Assembly (NCBI GenBank): GCA_964568455.1
Contig: CAZMPJ010000009.1
Location: 306-64,305, forward strand
DNA length: 64,000 nt
From: an uncultured bacterium
Lineage (GTDB): Bacteria > Margulisbacteria > WOR-1 > O2-12-FULL-45-9
Direction: 5' to 3'
Of the stretch, positions 50,624 to 60,797 are shown in pieces. How positions within the stretch are numbered: position 1 is the first letter of the stretch; the number at the start of each line of letters is the position of its first letter. The position numbers were made by a program, and so were the translations under genes. Below the pieces are notes generated by a model that was not told the origin of the DNA, searched no databases, and worked only from the letters and a program-made list of their open reading frames with translations.

Positions 50624-53503
50624 TTATTTGTATGTCTTGAGCATGCTTGTTACGAATTTTATGGCTTTATCAAGTGTTTTAACCTTACTTTTAGGATCAA
50701 GCCTATCTGGTAAAGTTTTATTGCGTTTCTTTTTGTATTGTTTATTAAGAATTTTGGAGAATCTTTGCGACCACTTATCTAATCCTTTAAAGAACTTCTT
50801 ATTGTTTTTGTATTTATTTAATATAATAGCCAATTGCATAGCCATGTTTTCAGCCTCTGCCGGGCTAATTTTCTGTTTTTTGTCTCCAATTTCTTTTCTC
50901 TTGTACATTAATTGTTCAAGCATTTTTCCGGTTACATCTAGATCATAATCTAATTCAGAGCAACCTCTTTTATGCTTCATTTTGGCTTTTGTTATTTGTA
51001 TGATTTGATCTTTTGTAATTGCTTCTTTTGTTATTGTGAGCTCTGTTTCTCCTGTTTTTTTGCAATATTTAGCGAATAATCTTGTGGCGAGATTGCCAGA
51101 ATATAATCCTCCTGATATGAGGCTTAAAATAGCGGACTGTATTATTTGTTTAGCTCTGGTTTGCAGATAAGGAGGAAGAGAACCATAAGCATCCAGCAGC
51201 GCAAAGGATACGGTTTCCAATTCAGTATAATCCATAGTTATACTTAGTAATTTTATGTATTCTAATTGTATTCTTGCTTTTTGTTCGTTATTTGCTGTTT
51301 CTAGAGACTTTTTTAATCTTGCCGCATAAGTTATTGATGCTTCTACCTTTTTTCCTACAGTTGACTTGGACTCTTTCATCACTTTCTCATATTCTTCTTG
51401 GCCCGTTAAAGGCGGTGCAGCGAGCTCTATTAAGCTATCTATTTCGGCCTGCACTTGTTCTAATTTGATTTCTGTGTCTAATTCTGTCTTGCCTTTAGAT
51501 CTAAGCTGTTCATTTAGTTTTTCTGTTTTTTCTTTATAATTAGTTTTTACTCTTTGGGCAAAAGTCTCTCTATTCTTGATTAAATAAGTTCTTATTTCTA
51601 ATGCCAAAGCAGCTTCGTCTTTTTTTGTTCTATCAATGTTATCAAAAAATTCTTTTGTTGCTTGCATGAATAGTCCAGCTGCTTGATCTTTTAATTTGTC
51701 ATTTTGGCTATATTTTTGTTCCACTATTAATGCTTGTTTAGCTGCTTCTTTATATTGTTTTTCTTTTAATAATGTGCCTATTAATGATTGGCGTAGCTGG
51801 AAGGCTTTTTTGGTACTGCTTATGCCCGTATGTTGTTCTTCGAAAACTTTAATTTGTGCAATAGCTTCTTCATATCTTTCTTCTTTCAGGAGTTTTAAAA
51901 TTAAATTGTATCTTATTGTTTCATGTTTGTGATTTTTTAGATAATCCGTGGCTTGTTTAATAAACTCGTCAGGGTTTGATTTTGCTAAGCTGTTTATTTC
52001 ATATTCCTTTTTAAGATCAGAACCAGAAGTTTTTTCAGATTCACTCTTTTCCTCCACTTCCTCCCCCTTCAACCATGCTAAAAACTTATCCGTATCTTTA
52101 AGCTGTTTTGGGCTGTCAAGCTTGCTAGTATCCACCCAATAGTGCTCCAGAGAGGCACCTTTATCAAAGTATTTTTGCGGTAATTGAGCCAAAAATCCCA
52201 TGGTGAAGACAAAGTCCTGGACTTGGCCAGCCTTAGAAGGGGCGAGGTGGACCTGATATTTGTCTTCTAGGATAAGCAGAAAAGATTCGCGAATCGATAA
52301 TTCGTCGTCAATTAGCACGTGTTCAGCCTTAAACTCAAAATCCTTGGTATATGTAAGCCCAAGTAAATTACAAATAACCCTGGTAGCTGTTTCTTTATTT
52401 TCAGAACCAACTTTAGAAAGTAGGGCAGTAGCGCTAATTTCTTTTTTGCCAGCCATTAGTTTTTTGGTGGTTTTTGAAGTATAAACATAAACCCAGCGCT
52501 TGCTTTGCAGAGCAACTTTGAATAAAGTTGCATCATTTATGTTTAAGCCCCTTGAAACCATGTCAAGATGGGCTGCCATATCAACAAAGTCGTCTCCAGT
52601 AATTGCGTTGTCTCCATTTGAAATAACCCCGCCCATACTAAAGACGTTATAAGCTTGGTCAGAGGCTGCTGGATCAATCTTTTTAAACTCTTCTCTGGTA
52701 ATTAATCCATCAGCAAAAATTTGCTGGTAAAGCTCAAGACTCATGCCGGTTCTTTGAAAATGTGCCCAATAACCGTCGACAACCAGTTCTGCTTCATCAC
52801 CATTAACTTCTAGCTTTTCGCCGTCAACCTCAACTTTATACTTTTCAAAACCTTTGGACAGGACTTTATATGTGCCATCATCTTGTCTTTCAACTAAAAT
52901 TACTCTAGTAACTTCTTTTTTATCTACTTTTTCTGTAAAGGTGATAATGCGTTGGTTAGGTTCTAAGTTAGAACTTACTTTTGCAGAATGTTTTTTTAAT
53001 AGGCTTAATCCTTCCCCATTAATTACTTGAGGAGCGGCCTTAATGATAGCAATTATCATTTTCGTGCCAATTTCTGGATCGCGAAAATAAGCAGCTAAAT
53101 CATCAAAAGTATATTCTATATCATTAATAATTATTGATTCTTTCTTATCTGGATTAATGTTTGCTTCCCATTCTTTCCCACTAATCGAATCAATATTGTC
53201 GATAAAATTTTGTTCTTTCCCTGTTGATTTTATTAATGAGTCAGCTTCACGCCCAAGTTTAGCGAATTTTTTCTCAAGATCAGATCCTCTAATTTGTGTT
53301 AAGCAGATTTGATAGGCATCATTAGCATTGGCTCTTGCTTGGTTTAGATTTGCTAAAGTAGTTGAGGTGGGGGTTGTCTTATAAGCCTTGGTTGCTTTTT
53401 CAAGAGCACCAAGTCGAGTTTTTAATTTTTTTACTTGAGGACTCTCATCAGCAGGTCTAGCTGTGCTACGAGCTGACGATGCTCCTCCAACAGGCCTTAC
53501 CAT
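50624..53503 (-). CDS. Large coiled-coil/helical-repeat protein (959 aa), intact paralog of the 26628..29913 pseudogene
   Basis: ATG start with RBS GGAGGAAAC. The N-terminal ~400 aa are shared with the degraded paralog. The centre has a helical repeat resembling the giant protein's module ('YLKNHKHETIRYNLILKLLKEERYEEAIAQIKVFEE' versus 'AYLKIHKEEYEAKGVNVDFYITYFEIQGLLQDNKYAEAKDKIESLL'). Lys-rich C-terminus. Confidence 0.8.
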   Translation of the reverse strand: MVRPVGGASSARSTARPADESPQVKKLKTRLGALEKATKAYKTTPTSTTLANLNQARANANDAYQICLTQIRGSDLEKKFAKLGREADSLIKSTGKEQNFIDNIDSISGKEWEANINPDKKESIIINDIEYTFDDLAAYFRDPEIGTKMIIAIIKAAPQVINGEGLSLLKKHSAKVSSNLEPNQRIITFTEKVDKKEVTRVILVERQDDGTYKVLSKGFEKYKVEVDGEKLEVNGDEAELVVDGYWAHFQRTGMSLELYQQIFADGLITREEFKKIDPAASDQAYNVFSMGGVISNGDNAITGDDFVDMAAHLDMVSRGLNINDATLFKVALQSKRWVYVYTSKTTKKLMAGKKEISATALLSKVGSENKETATRVICNLLGLTYTKDFEFKAEHVLIDDELSIRESFLLILEDKYQVHLAPSKAGQVQDFVFTMGFLAQLPQKYFDKGASLEHYWVDTSKLDSPKQLKDTDKFLAWLKGEEVEEKSESEKTSGSDLKKEYEINSLAKSNPDEFIKQATDYLKNHKHETIRYNLILKLLKEERYEEAIAQIKVFEEQHTGISSTKKAFQLRQSLIGTLLKEKQYKEAAKQALIVEQKYSQNDKLKDQAAGLFMQATKEFFDNIDRTKKDEAALALEIRTYLIKNRETFAQRVKTNYKEKTEKLNEQLRSKGKTELDTEIKLEQVQAEIDSLIELAAPPLTGQEEYEKVMKESKSTVGKKVEASITYAARLKKSLETANNEQKARIQLEYIKLLSITMDYTELETVSFALLDAYGSLPPYLQTRAKQIIQSAILSLISGGLYSGNLATRLFAKYCKKTGETELTITKEAITKDQIIQITKAKMKHKRGCSELDYDLDVTGKMLEQLMYKRKEIGDKKQKISPAEAENMAMQLAIILNKYKNNKKFFKGLDKWSQRFSKILNKQYKKKRNKTLPDRLDPKSKVKTLDKAIKFVTSMLKTYK

Positions 53504-53664
53504 TGTTTCCTCCTATACAAACTACAAAACCCGCCTTAAACAGGCCATGCCTACCGGCAGGCAGGCAATCCGGTCCGGGTTCAATATATATATCGTAATA
53601 AGATGCGGAAAACTTGCATGAAAAAAGTGAAATTTCCCCCAGAACCACCCGATAAATAACTACC

Positions 53665-54285
53665 ATGGTAACAATGTGTGGACAACCACCAGTAAAAGGC
53701 GGTAAAATAGTACAAAGATTTTTTCCTATGAGAAAATTTACTACTTTAAGCCGAAATCCAGGACAAGAAACTGCTTATCGCGCATTAATGTCAAAATTAA
53801 ATGCCGCGCATGGATCAAGCCAAGAAAATATTAAGCACATCAATGATCTTGGTAGATTGTTAACCATGGTTGGGCAGGAAGTAAAAGATTGGTTCCCGGG
53901 ATCAGAAGTTTCGTTTCAAGGATCGCCTTCTTCTTCTCCCATTGAAAAAGCTGCTTCTGCATCAAAGCGCCTAATTTATATTCCTTCCCGCACAACAGAT
54001 ACAATTTATGTTTCTGGCAATACTGGCTCTGATTCAATTACTATGTTTTCCGCTATCCCGCCTCAACTAGGTTTAACGAACTTAGATTTTAATCCGGATG
54101 CCGGTTGTCTTGTGATTTGTCCCATGCTTTCTGGCGATGGCAATCCTGATTTTGAAGTCCAAGGTTTAATGTTGGTGACCAGAACCGCACCCGAAGCTTT
54201 TGACCCTCTAGTTGACCTGCCAATTTTGCGCATGTTGGCCAATGATACTGCTATTGTTATGGCGCAGAGCGAGTTAACTTTATAG
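53665..54285 (+). CDS. Hypothetical protein (206 aa), island-specific; start uncertain
   Basis: ORF divergent from the 959-aa gene, with no recognisable motif. The alternative start 'MRKF' is at 53731. Confidence 0.4.
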   Translation: MVTMCGQPPVKGGKIVQRFFPMRKFTTLSRNPGQETAYRALMSKLNAAHGSSQENIKHINDLGRLLTMVGQEVKDWFPGSEVSFQGSPSSSPIEKAASASKRLIYIPSRTTDTIYVSGNTGSDSITMFSAIPPQLGLTNLDFNPDAGCLVICPMLSGDGNPDFEVQGLMLVTRTAPEAFDPLVDLPILRMLANDTAIVMAQSELTL

Positions 54286-54598
54286 AAGAACCTTGCTCTA
54301 ATTAACCCATATTTTATCTCAAATCATCAGTTATCCCTAATTATCCCAAATAACATGCCACGAATTGAAGAATTCTCTTATTGCCCCAAATCTTCACAAA
54401 TTTAATTCTTCGTGATTATTCGTTAGATAAGAGAGTCTATTCGAGTATTCCGATTCGGATTAATTTGGGATTGTTGATACGGGATAAAATTTGGATTATT
54501 CGAGAAGCCAAACCTTAGCGCAAGATTTACCCCATTTAATTCGATTATACTACTGTAGCCCCTTATATTAATAGTGTAATGGGAAAAAGGAGAGTCCT

Positions 54599-57500
54599 GT
54601 GGGAGGACCAGTACGTTTTTTTACAAATGTAAATAGATCTCTGCCTACGCAAGGGCCAAAAGCAACCCCTGCGCTAAACGTATCTCAACAAAAAAGTACT
54701 CTGGCAGACCTGCGCAATGTTGGTTCTTCAAAACCAATGGGGTATTTGCCTACCTGGGCGATTGTTGCACAAGGAAGCACTGTTCCAGGTTTAACCGCAG
54801 AATTACAAGCTAAGGGGCTTAAAACAATTTATCTTCCTAGTGAAGGTGGTTGGCTTTTTGCTTATGATGAAGCCTCTCTTTCTGACCATTTAGATCGCAA
54901 TAGCGCAGTATTAGAAAAAGCTGGGTGGCCGACAACTGCAAGAGAATTTGTGCGTACTGTTTCAAAAGGAGGGGCACCGCATAAAACCAAGCTTTATGAT
55001 GTGGTTGCCGATGCCTTTGGAGACAGTAAAAACCCTGGCCGGTTGGACAATGTGCATACTAGTGATGTGGATTGGGAGTCAACCATAAAATATTATGAAG
55101 ACAGCGGTAATCAGCCGGAAGTAGATAGATTAAAAAAATTGCGTAGTGTTCAGCGCTTACAAAGAGGTGCGGCTGCATCTGGGCTTCCTGGACTTTTTGA
55201 TAATTATGCTGAAGCCCTTGAAGCAAAATCGGTTCCAGAAGTAACTCCAAAGCCAGCCCCACAACCCCAACCCAAAACTTTTGTTGAAATAACCAGAATG
55301 GATTTAAACTCTGGCAAGCCTTCGCGCTGGGCAGTGGTTAATTTTTCCGGTTTAAAATATGTTAATGATAACTATACCGGTGGTCACGTTGCCGGTGATG
55401 CTTATCTTGAGGCAGCAGAAAGCAAAATCAGGGAAATTGCCGGGCAAGCCGGCATAAAAGAAATCTTTATTGTGCGCGATGGCCCCAACTTTTCTATTCA
55501 TTTGCCGGAAGGCGTTAGAAGTAATTTTGCTATGAGTCAGATAGAAGCTGCTTTTGCTCAAGGCATAACTTTTCAATATGAATATAAAGGTCAAACCTTA
55601 ATCAAAACTTATACACCAGCTACAGAGGGCAGGGCAAAAATTGCTACTGCTGGAATTCTCGCTTTTGATGTGTCAGCCAAAGAGATGTCGTCCGAGGCAA
55701 TGGGAAGGGCGCGCTCGCAAGAGATTTATTATTTAAACCGGCCAGAAGCAGGCCGCCGGGCTGGGGAAATATTTGTGGTTGATGCCAAGTATGGCGAATA
55801 TCTTGAAACCTTAACCTTGAAAAACCGTTTGATTGATAGAAATCCCCGTGTAACAGCAACAGGTCCTAATGTTGAGCCGCGCAGCCAGCTGCACAATGTT
55901 GACCAGCTAAAACTTGATGCTGAAAACATGATGAAAAAAGGCAAATCAGTTCGTTTTGCTTTTTTTGATGGCAATGCCATTGGGTCTTGGCGTACCTTTG
56001 GTTTTGTTGGCGAGCTTTTCATGGACGCTATTATTGAGCAACGTATTGCTGAAGCAGCTACTGTTTTGCCCAAAGGAGTAACTATTTATCGCCATGGGCC
56101 AGGCTCCGAAGAATTTTATTTATTAGCAGATGGTGAACAATATTCTGAAGCGCAAATGCAGGAAATGGCAAAAGAATTTATGCGCTCCTTGAATGAAAAG
56201 CCTTTAAGATTAAAAGTTGAAAGTAACACCTTAGAAGCAACCGAAATGGGCCGGCGCTATCTGGAAGCATGGCAGAAAAAAAATCCCGGCAAAGCTGTGC
56301 CAGAAACATTAGAGGTAGATGTTACCAAAGCAGTGAGAGGTAGGGGTGGGGTTTATCATCAAGGTATAACAGTTACGATGGGAGTTGGAACTATTAAGCC
56401 TGATTCTGGCTCTGCCCAAGAAGCTTTTGAAAAAGGATTTCATAAAATCGTTGAACAAGGTGAGGCAGCGAAAAAGCTTAATCCAAAACGTAGAAATTTC
56501 TTGGTGCAGGTTGATGGAGATCAAGCCAAAGTAATTCCTTTAGAAATAGATGGGCGTGATTTCTTGGAAGTTAATCGAGATAATATCCGTTTTGTTGATA
56601 GTCGAATAAATTCGAATTTTTCAGTTAATGATTTAATGCGTTTAAATCTTGGACCCAAAAGTACTTTTAAATATAAAGGCTGTATTTATAAAGTGTCTGC
56701 CTCTTTTGATTTTAAAGGCCGCACAGCTATGATTCTTTATTTTGCTAATGGTGACGGAATTTATCAGGCGCGCATGGTTTACAAGAGCAATTCTCACTTG
56801 ACCCAGCGCGCTATTCCAAATACTGCAATGGGCTGGGCTGGCAAGGGAGTTGGTTCCAGTGAGTCTGTTGCTTATCCGCATGAAGTGCAAAGATTTTTAG
56901 AAGAAAATGCTCAAAAGCATAAAGTGAATCTTTCCGAGGCTCACAGCGAGGCTCTTGGTGAAGGAATATTAAGGTTTGGAACTGAACCCGAAAAAACTTA
57001 TGTTGGTGGAATGAGAAAAGCTACGGCTCCTTTGGATATAGGAGAATTTACCGGTACTACACCAGATAGCTTTAAATTTAAGCCTGGTTTTGAGCCGGAA
57101 ATCCCAAAGAATATTAAACCTTCCTATCAAGTTGCCGACTCTGCTACCGGACAATATTTGGATGCTTATGTTGTTTTGTCTAAAAATAAAAAAGTTTCAT
57201 ATCTATTTTTCTGTGATCAAAAAGGCAATGGAGCTTTAGTTTCTTATCAGGCAACAGACTTTTATCCTAATGAATATGGGGTTAATCAGCTGCAGGTTTT
57301 AGGTAAAAGCGAAAAATTGATTATGCCTATCAGGGAAAGAGCGCATAATATTCCGGCTGGCTACACAGGGAAAAAAGCAGGGGTATATACAGATGCCACT
57401 CCTTGGACTAATCAGCTTCCCCCAGTAAAAGAATTACTAAGGAAGGTGCGCGGACAGGAAAACTCAAAAGTTATCAGGATTAAACTTTCTGCTCAAGAAG

Positions 57501-59824
57501 AAGCAGCGTTAACCAGGGAAAAATTGGTGATTAAGCAATACCGCGGAAAAGCTTTAGTTGTAATTGAGCTTAAGCCAGGGGAGAGGAAAGCTTTTTATTT
57601 TTCTGAAAATTTAGATGTTAAAACAAATGGAAAAACTATAATAGTTTCTAAAAAGGGTCTTTCTAATATCGCACATATGGAAGGATCTGTTTTTGTTTAT
57701 CAAAGTCCAGCTGAAATGGTGGAAAGTTTAACCAAAAAGCCTAAATTGTTTGGCGAAGAAGTAAGAAGCCAGACTTTTGTTTTAGATGAAGGCAGCTGGA
57801 AGGCTAGAGGGGTTGCGATGAATGCGGGGATTAACCCTCTTCAAAAACCCGTTTTTACTGATGACCGCCTGGTGGTTGAAACTAAGCCGAGCCGAGCAAA
57901 AAAGTTGGCAGCTAAATATGATGTCCCAGTGAAGATTGCAAAAAGAGCGTTAGCTATAAGCCAAGATTCAAAGGCAAGATTAAAAGCGGCAAAAACTCAA
58001 GCCATGAAAAGGATTGACCGACTAAATAAAAGCGCCCAGGAAAAAGCCAGGATGAAAGCCGAAGCAGCTAAGGGTTGGGATGCAGCTATTGCAGAAGTGG
58101 AAGAAGCTTCAGTTAAAAAAGCTGTAATTGATCAATTAAAAAAAGAAAGAAAAGTACTTAGAAAAGAAGTAAAAACTCTTAAAAAACAAAGAGCGCCAAA
58201 ATCAGAGATTAGAGCCAAGGCAAAAAGATTGGCAGAGTTAGACAATGTTTTAGACGGTAAAGTTAAAAAATTTGCTAAAGCCCACGGTCAAATGCTGGCT
58301 TTGCTTTTAACTATGGATGTGATTCGTCATTGGTCTGAAGTTAAAACCGGAAACTTAGGCGGTGTTGTGCAAACAGGAGTTGGTTCTGTGGCAGGATACG
58401 GTATGTTTGTGGGTACAGAAAAAACAATTGGAGTTTTGACTGGAATATCAAAAAGCAGTGCACTTACAGGAGCAGGAACCATTATTCCTGCGGCACACTC
58501 TGCTTATGCGCATAGAAATCATTTTACTTCAGTTGATAGCGATGCAGCCATGTTAGCCGGAATTGATGTGGTTAAAGAGGGTATTGCTGGCTATCTTTCT
58601 ACTAAAGCTATGATTGCGGTTACTGCTGCTACTGCTGAAACCGGTCCTTTTTCATTATTGTTTGGGCTGGGAGCTGCTTCAGTTACTTATATTGCAACAG
58701 GTAAATTAGCCGAGGTTTTAGGTTATGATCAGTTTTTAGAAAAAAGATTTACTCGGGCAGAGATTAAAGATGCTTTTAGGGACTTAAGTTATGGTGGAAC
58801 CAAATTAGTGGTTAAACGAGGCCGTACTAATACTCCTTATTTTAATAATAAAGATGTTGAAATTGCTAAGGATGTAAAAATTTCCCGAGCCCAGCAAACC
58901 TTGATGATGTTAACCGCTATGAAAAATTATTTTAATATGTCAACAACAGAAAGACTGGCTTTTGCTGCTGATAAGAATAACCATGCTATTATTACTGCTT
59001 TTAATACTCTTTTTGCAGTAGAAGAATTGCACATTGATGATTATAGTGATCTTTCTCCAGAAGCCTTTGATGCTATTGTTAAATCTGTGGGTAGATTTTA
59101 TCAGCAAGACAAATCTCCTGGTCAGTATAGAAAAGTAAAAGTAAGGCTTAGAACTAAACAAGAAAAAATTTATCATCCTTTAACCAATGAAATTGTAGGA
59201 CTTAGGACTGTTTATCGAGTAACGGTTGTTGGTCAAAAGCATCAGGCTACCTTGGGTTGGAATGGAGTGGAGTGGGAGCCAATAGAGGGGACAAAGCGAA
59301 AAAAGACTTTTAAAACAAAAGGAGAGATTGTTCCTGTCGGTGACCCAAATAAACTAGTAGAAGCGCAGGTATTGCAAAAAGGAATGGTGGCTAATGTATT
59401 TACGATTTCCTTGCCAGAAATGATAGGTTTAGGTATAAGCATTCCTTTTGATCAGTTGAAGCGTTTCCCGGTAGTTATGGAAGGCTTAGCTAAAAATCTA
59501 AGCATGTTGGGTTATAAAGTAGAAGATGAGTTTTTACATAAAGTAACTCCTGGCAGCCGTGCAGTAACTCCCGGTAGTCTTTATAAAGCCTATTATCAGT
59601 TTTGTAAAGACCAAGGTTTTCCTTTTGAAGGGCAAGAAAATTACAATCCTGATTTTGCACTTTTGCCTAGTAATAAAACGCCTAAACTTGATTATAGGGG
59701 TGCAGCCTGGATATTAATTGAGCTTGATCCAGAGGCCAAAGCTCAAGTTGAAGTAGTAAGACAAGAAATGCAGCGCAAAAGAGAAATTAAGAAAATTACA
59801 GATATGTTTAAGGTTTCTAATTGA
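54599..59824 (+). CDS. Giant protein (1,741 aa) with two tandem degenerate GGDEF-like domains, a central coiled-coil and a Gly-rich hydrophobic segment
   Basis: GTG start 6 nt after RBS AAAGGAGAG. First GGDEF-like unit: 'VVNFSGLKYVNDNYTGGHVAGDAYLEAAESKI...IVRDGPNFSIHLPEG'. Second unit: 'FAFFDGNAIGSWRTFGFVGELFMDAII...IYRHGPGSEEFYLLADGE'. Both are collinear with the diguanylate-cyclase consensus '(D-x-D)FK.+ND.+GH..GD.VL...A..L ... RYGGEEF', but GG(D/E)EF is replaced by DGPNFS or GPGSEEF. Hydrophobic 'GGVVQTGVGSVAGYGMFVG...LLFGLGAASVTYIATG' at about 58350-58740. Confidence 0.85.
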   Translation: MGGPVRFFTNVNRSLPTQGPKATPALNVSQQKSTLADLRNVGSSKPMGYLPTWAIVAQGSTVPGLTAELQAKGLKTIYLPSEGGWLFAYDEASLSDHLDRNSAVLEKAGWPTTAREFVRTVSKGGAPHKTKLYDVVADAFGDSKNPGRLDNVHTSDVDWESTIKYYEDSGNQPEVDRLKKLRSVQRLQRGAAASGLPGLFDNYAEALEAKSVPEVTPKPAPQPQPKTFVEITRMDLNSGKPSRWAVVNFSGLKYVNDNYTGGHVAGDAYLEAAESKIREIAGQAGIKEIFIVRDGPNFSIHLPEGVRSNFAMSQIEAAFAQGITFQYEYKGQTLIKTYTPATEGRAKIATAGILAFDVSAKEMSSEAMGRARSQEIYYLNRPEAGRRAGEIFVVDAKYGEYLETLTLKNRLIDRNPRVTATGPNVEPRSQLHNVDQLKLDAENMMKKGKSVRFAFFDGNAIGSWRTFGFVGELFMDAIIEQRIAEAATVLPKGVTIYRHGPGSEEFYLLADGEQYSEAQMQEMAKEFMRSLNEKPLRLKVESNTLEATEMGRRYLEAWQKKNPGKAVPETLEVDVTKAVRGRGGVYHQGITVTMGVGTIKPDSGSAQEAFEKGFHKIVEQGEAAKKLNPKRRNFLVQVDGDQAKVIPLEIDGRDFLEVNRDNIRFVDSRINSNFSVNDLMRLNLGPKSTFKYKGCIYKVSASFDFKGRTAMILYFANGDGIYQARMVYKSNSHLTQRAIPNTAMGWAGKGVGSSESVAYPHEVQRFLEENAQKHKVNLSEAHSEALGEGILRFGTEPEKTYVGGMRKATAPLDIGEFTGTTPDSFKFKPGFEPEIPKNIKPSYQVADSATGQYLDAYVVLSKNKKVSYLFFCDQKGNGALVSYQATDFYPNEYGVNQLQVLGKSEKLIMPIRERAHNIPAGYTGKKAGVYTDATPWTNQLPPVKELLRKVRGQENSKVIRIKLSAQEEAALTREKLVIKQYRGKALVVIELKPGERKAFYFSENLDVKTNGKTIIVSKKGLSNIAHMEGSVFVYQSPAEMVESLTKKPKLFGEEVRSQTFVLDEGSWKARGVAMNAGINPLQKPVFTDDRLVVETKPSRAKKLAAKYDVPVKIAKRALAISQDSKARLKAAKTQAMKRIDRLNKSAQEKARMKAEAAKGWDAAIAEVEEASVKKAVIDQLKKERKVLRKEVKTLKKQRAPKSEIRAKAKRLAELDNVLDGKVKKFAKAHGQMLALLLTMDVIRHWSEVKTGNLGGVVQTGVGSVAGYGMFVGTEKTIGVLTGISKSSALTGAGTIIPAAHSAYAHRNHFTSVDSDAAMLAGIDVVKEGIAGYLSTKAMIAVTAATAETGPFSLLFGLGAASVTYIATGKLAEVLGYDQFLEKRFTRAEIKDAFRDLSYGGTKLVVKRGRTNTPYFNNKDVEIAKDVKISRAQQTLMMLTAMKNYFNMSTTERLAFAADKNNHAIITAFNTLFAVEELHIDDYSDLSPEAFDAIVKSVGRFYQQDKSPGQYRKVKVRLRTKQEKIYHPLTNEIVGLRTVYRVTVVGQKHQATLGWNGVEWEPIEGTKRKKTFKTKGEIVPVGDPNKLVEAQVLQKGMVANVFTISLPEMIGLGISIPFDQLKRFPVVMEGLAKNLSMLGYKVEDEFLHKVTPGSRAVTPGSLYKAYYQFCKDQGFPFEGQENYNPDFALLPSNKTPKLDYRGAAWILIELDPEAKAQVEVVRQEMQRKREIKKITDMFKVSN

Positions 59825-59858
59825 GATTCCCCTCGCATTGTGCTATATTATAGCCTCT

Positions 59859-60797
59859 ATGGGAAAGCTACGTCATAAAGATCTTATTTCAATTCACGAC
59901 TTAAGTCCTTTAGAAATAAAGGATATATTTGACCTTGCGGCAAAGCTCAAAAAAATGCAAAAGGACAACGAAAAACACGAGTATCTTTGGGCAAAATCCT
60001 TGGCCATGATTTTTGAAAAACCATCCACCCGCACTCGAGTTTCTTTTGAAATCGGTATGTGGCAGTTGGGCGGTTTAGCCATTAATCTTGATCAAGAGGC
60101 AATTGGCTTGGGTGTGCGTGAGTCAATCGGCGATGTAGCCAAAACTTTGTCCCGCTTTGCTGATGCGCTATTAGTACGCACTTTTGAACATAACACAGTT
60201 ATTGAGCTGGCAAAGTATTCTACTGTTCCAGTGATAAACGGGCTTTCAGATTTACTTCATCCTTGCCAGGCTTTAGCTGATTTGTTTACCATTCAAGAAA
60301 GTAAAGGCAAACTTAAAGGTTTAAAACTTAGCTATATTGGCGACGGTAATAATGTTTGCCATAGTTTAATGTTAGCTGCCGCTAAAACAGGCTTAAATAT
60401 GACCGTGGCTTGTCCCAAAGGCTATGAGCCTAAGGAAAAAATTGCCAAACTGGCTTTTAGCGATGCTAAAAAATCGGGAGCTGAAATCAACATTTTAAAC
60501 GATCCAATAGTAGCAGTTAAGGATGCGGATGTGGTTTATACCGATGTCTGGGCGTCAATGGGCCAAGAAAAGCAAAAAGCTCAGCGCGCAAAAATTTTCC
60601 AAAAATACCAAGTTAATAAACAATTAATGAAACTGGCAAAACCAGATGCCATTGTTATGCATTGTCTGCCTGCTCATCGTGGTGAAGAGATTACCAATGA
60701 TGTGGTAGATGGCAAGCAATCTGTGGTGTTTGACCAGGCTGAAAATCGCTTACATGTGCAAAAGTCCATCCTTACATTATTACTGGGGGGAATATAA
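59859..60797 (+). CDS. argF: Ornithine carbamoyltransferase
   Basis: '[11 protein letters not shown]' carbamoyl-phosphate-binding motif, '[10 protein letters not shown]', '[12 protein letters not shown]'. Likely start 'MGKLRHKDL'. Confidence 0.9.
   Translation: MGKLRHKDLISIHDLSPLEIKDIFDLAAKLKKMQKDNEKHEYLWAKSLAMIFEKPSTRTRVSFEIGMWQLGGLAINLDQEAIGLGVRESIGDVAKTLSRFADALLVRTFEHNTVIELAKYSTVPVINGLSDLLHPCQALADLFTIQESKGKLKGLKLSYIGDGNNVCHSLMLAAAKTGLNMTVACPKGYEPKEKIAKLAFSDAKKSGAEINILNDPIVAVKDADVVYTDVWASMGQEKQKAQRAKIFQKYQVNKQLMKLAKPDAIVMHCLPAHRGEEITNDVVDGKQSVVFDQAENRLHVQKSILTLLLGGI

Noticed and set aside
53466-53666. 66-aa minus-strand ORF between the 959-aa and 206-aa genes
   Set aside because: It overlaps the divergent promoter region and the 959-aa gene start, has no RBS and is low-complexity.
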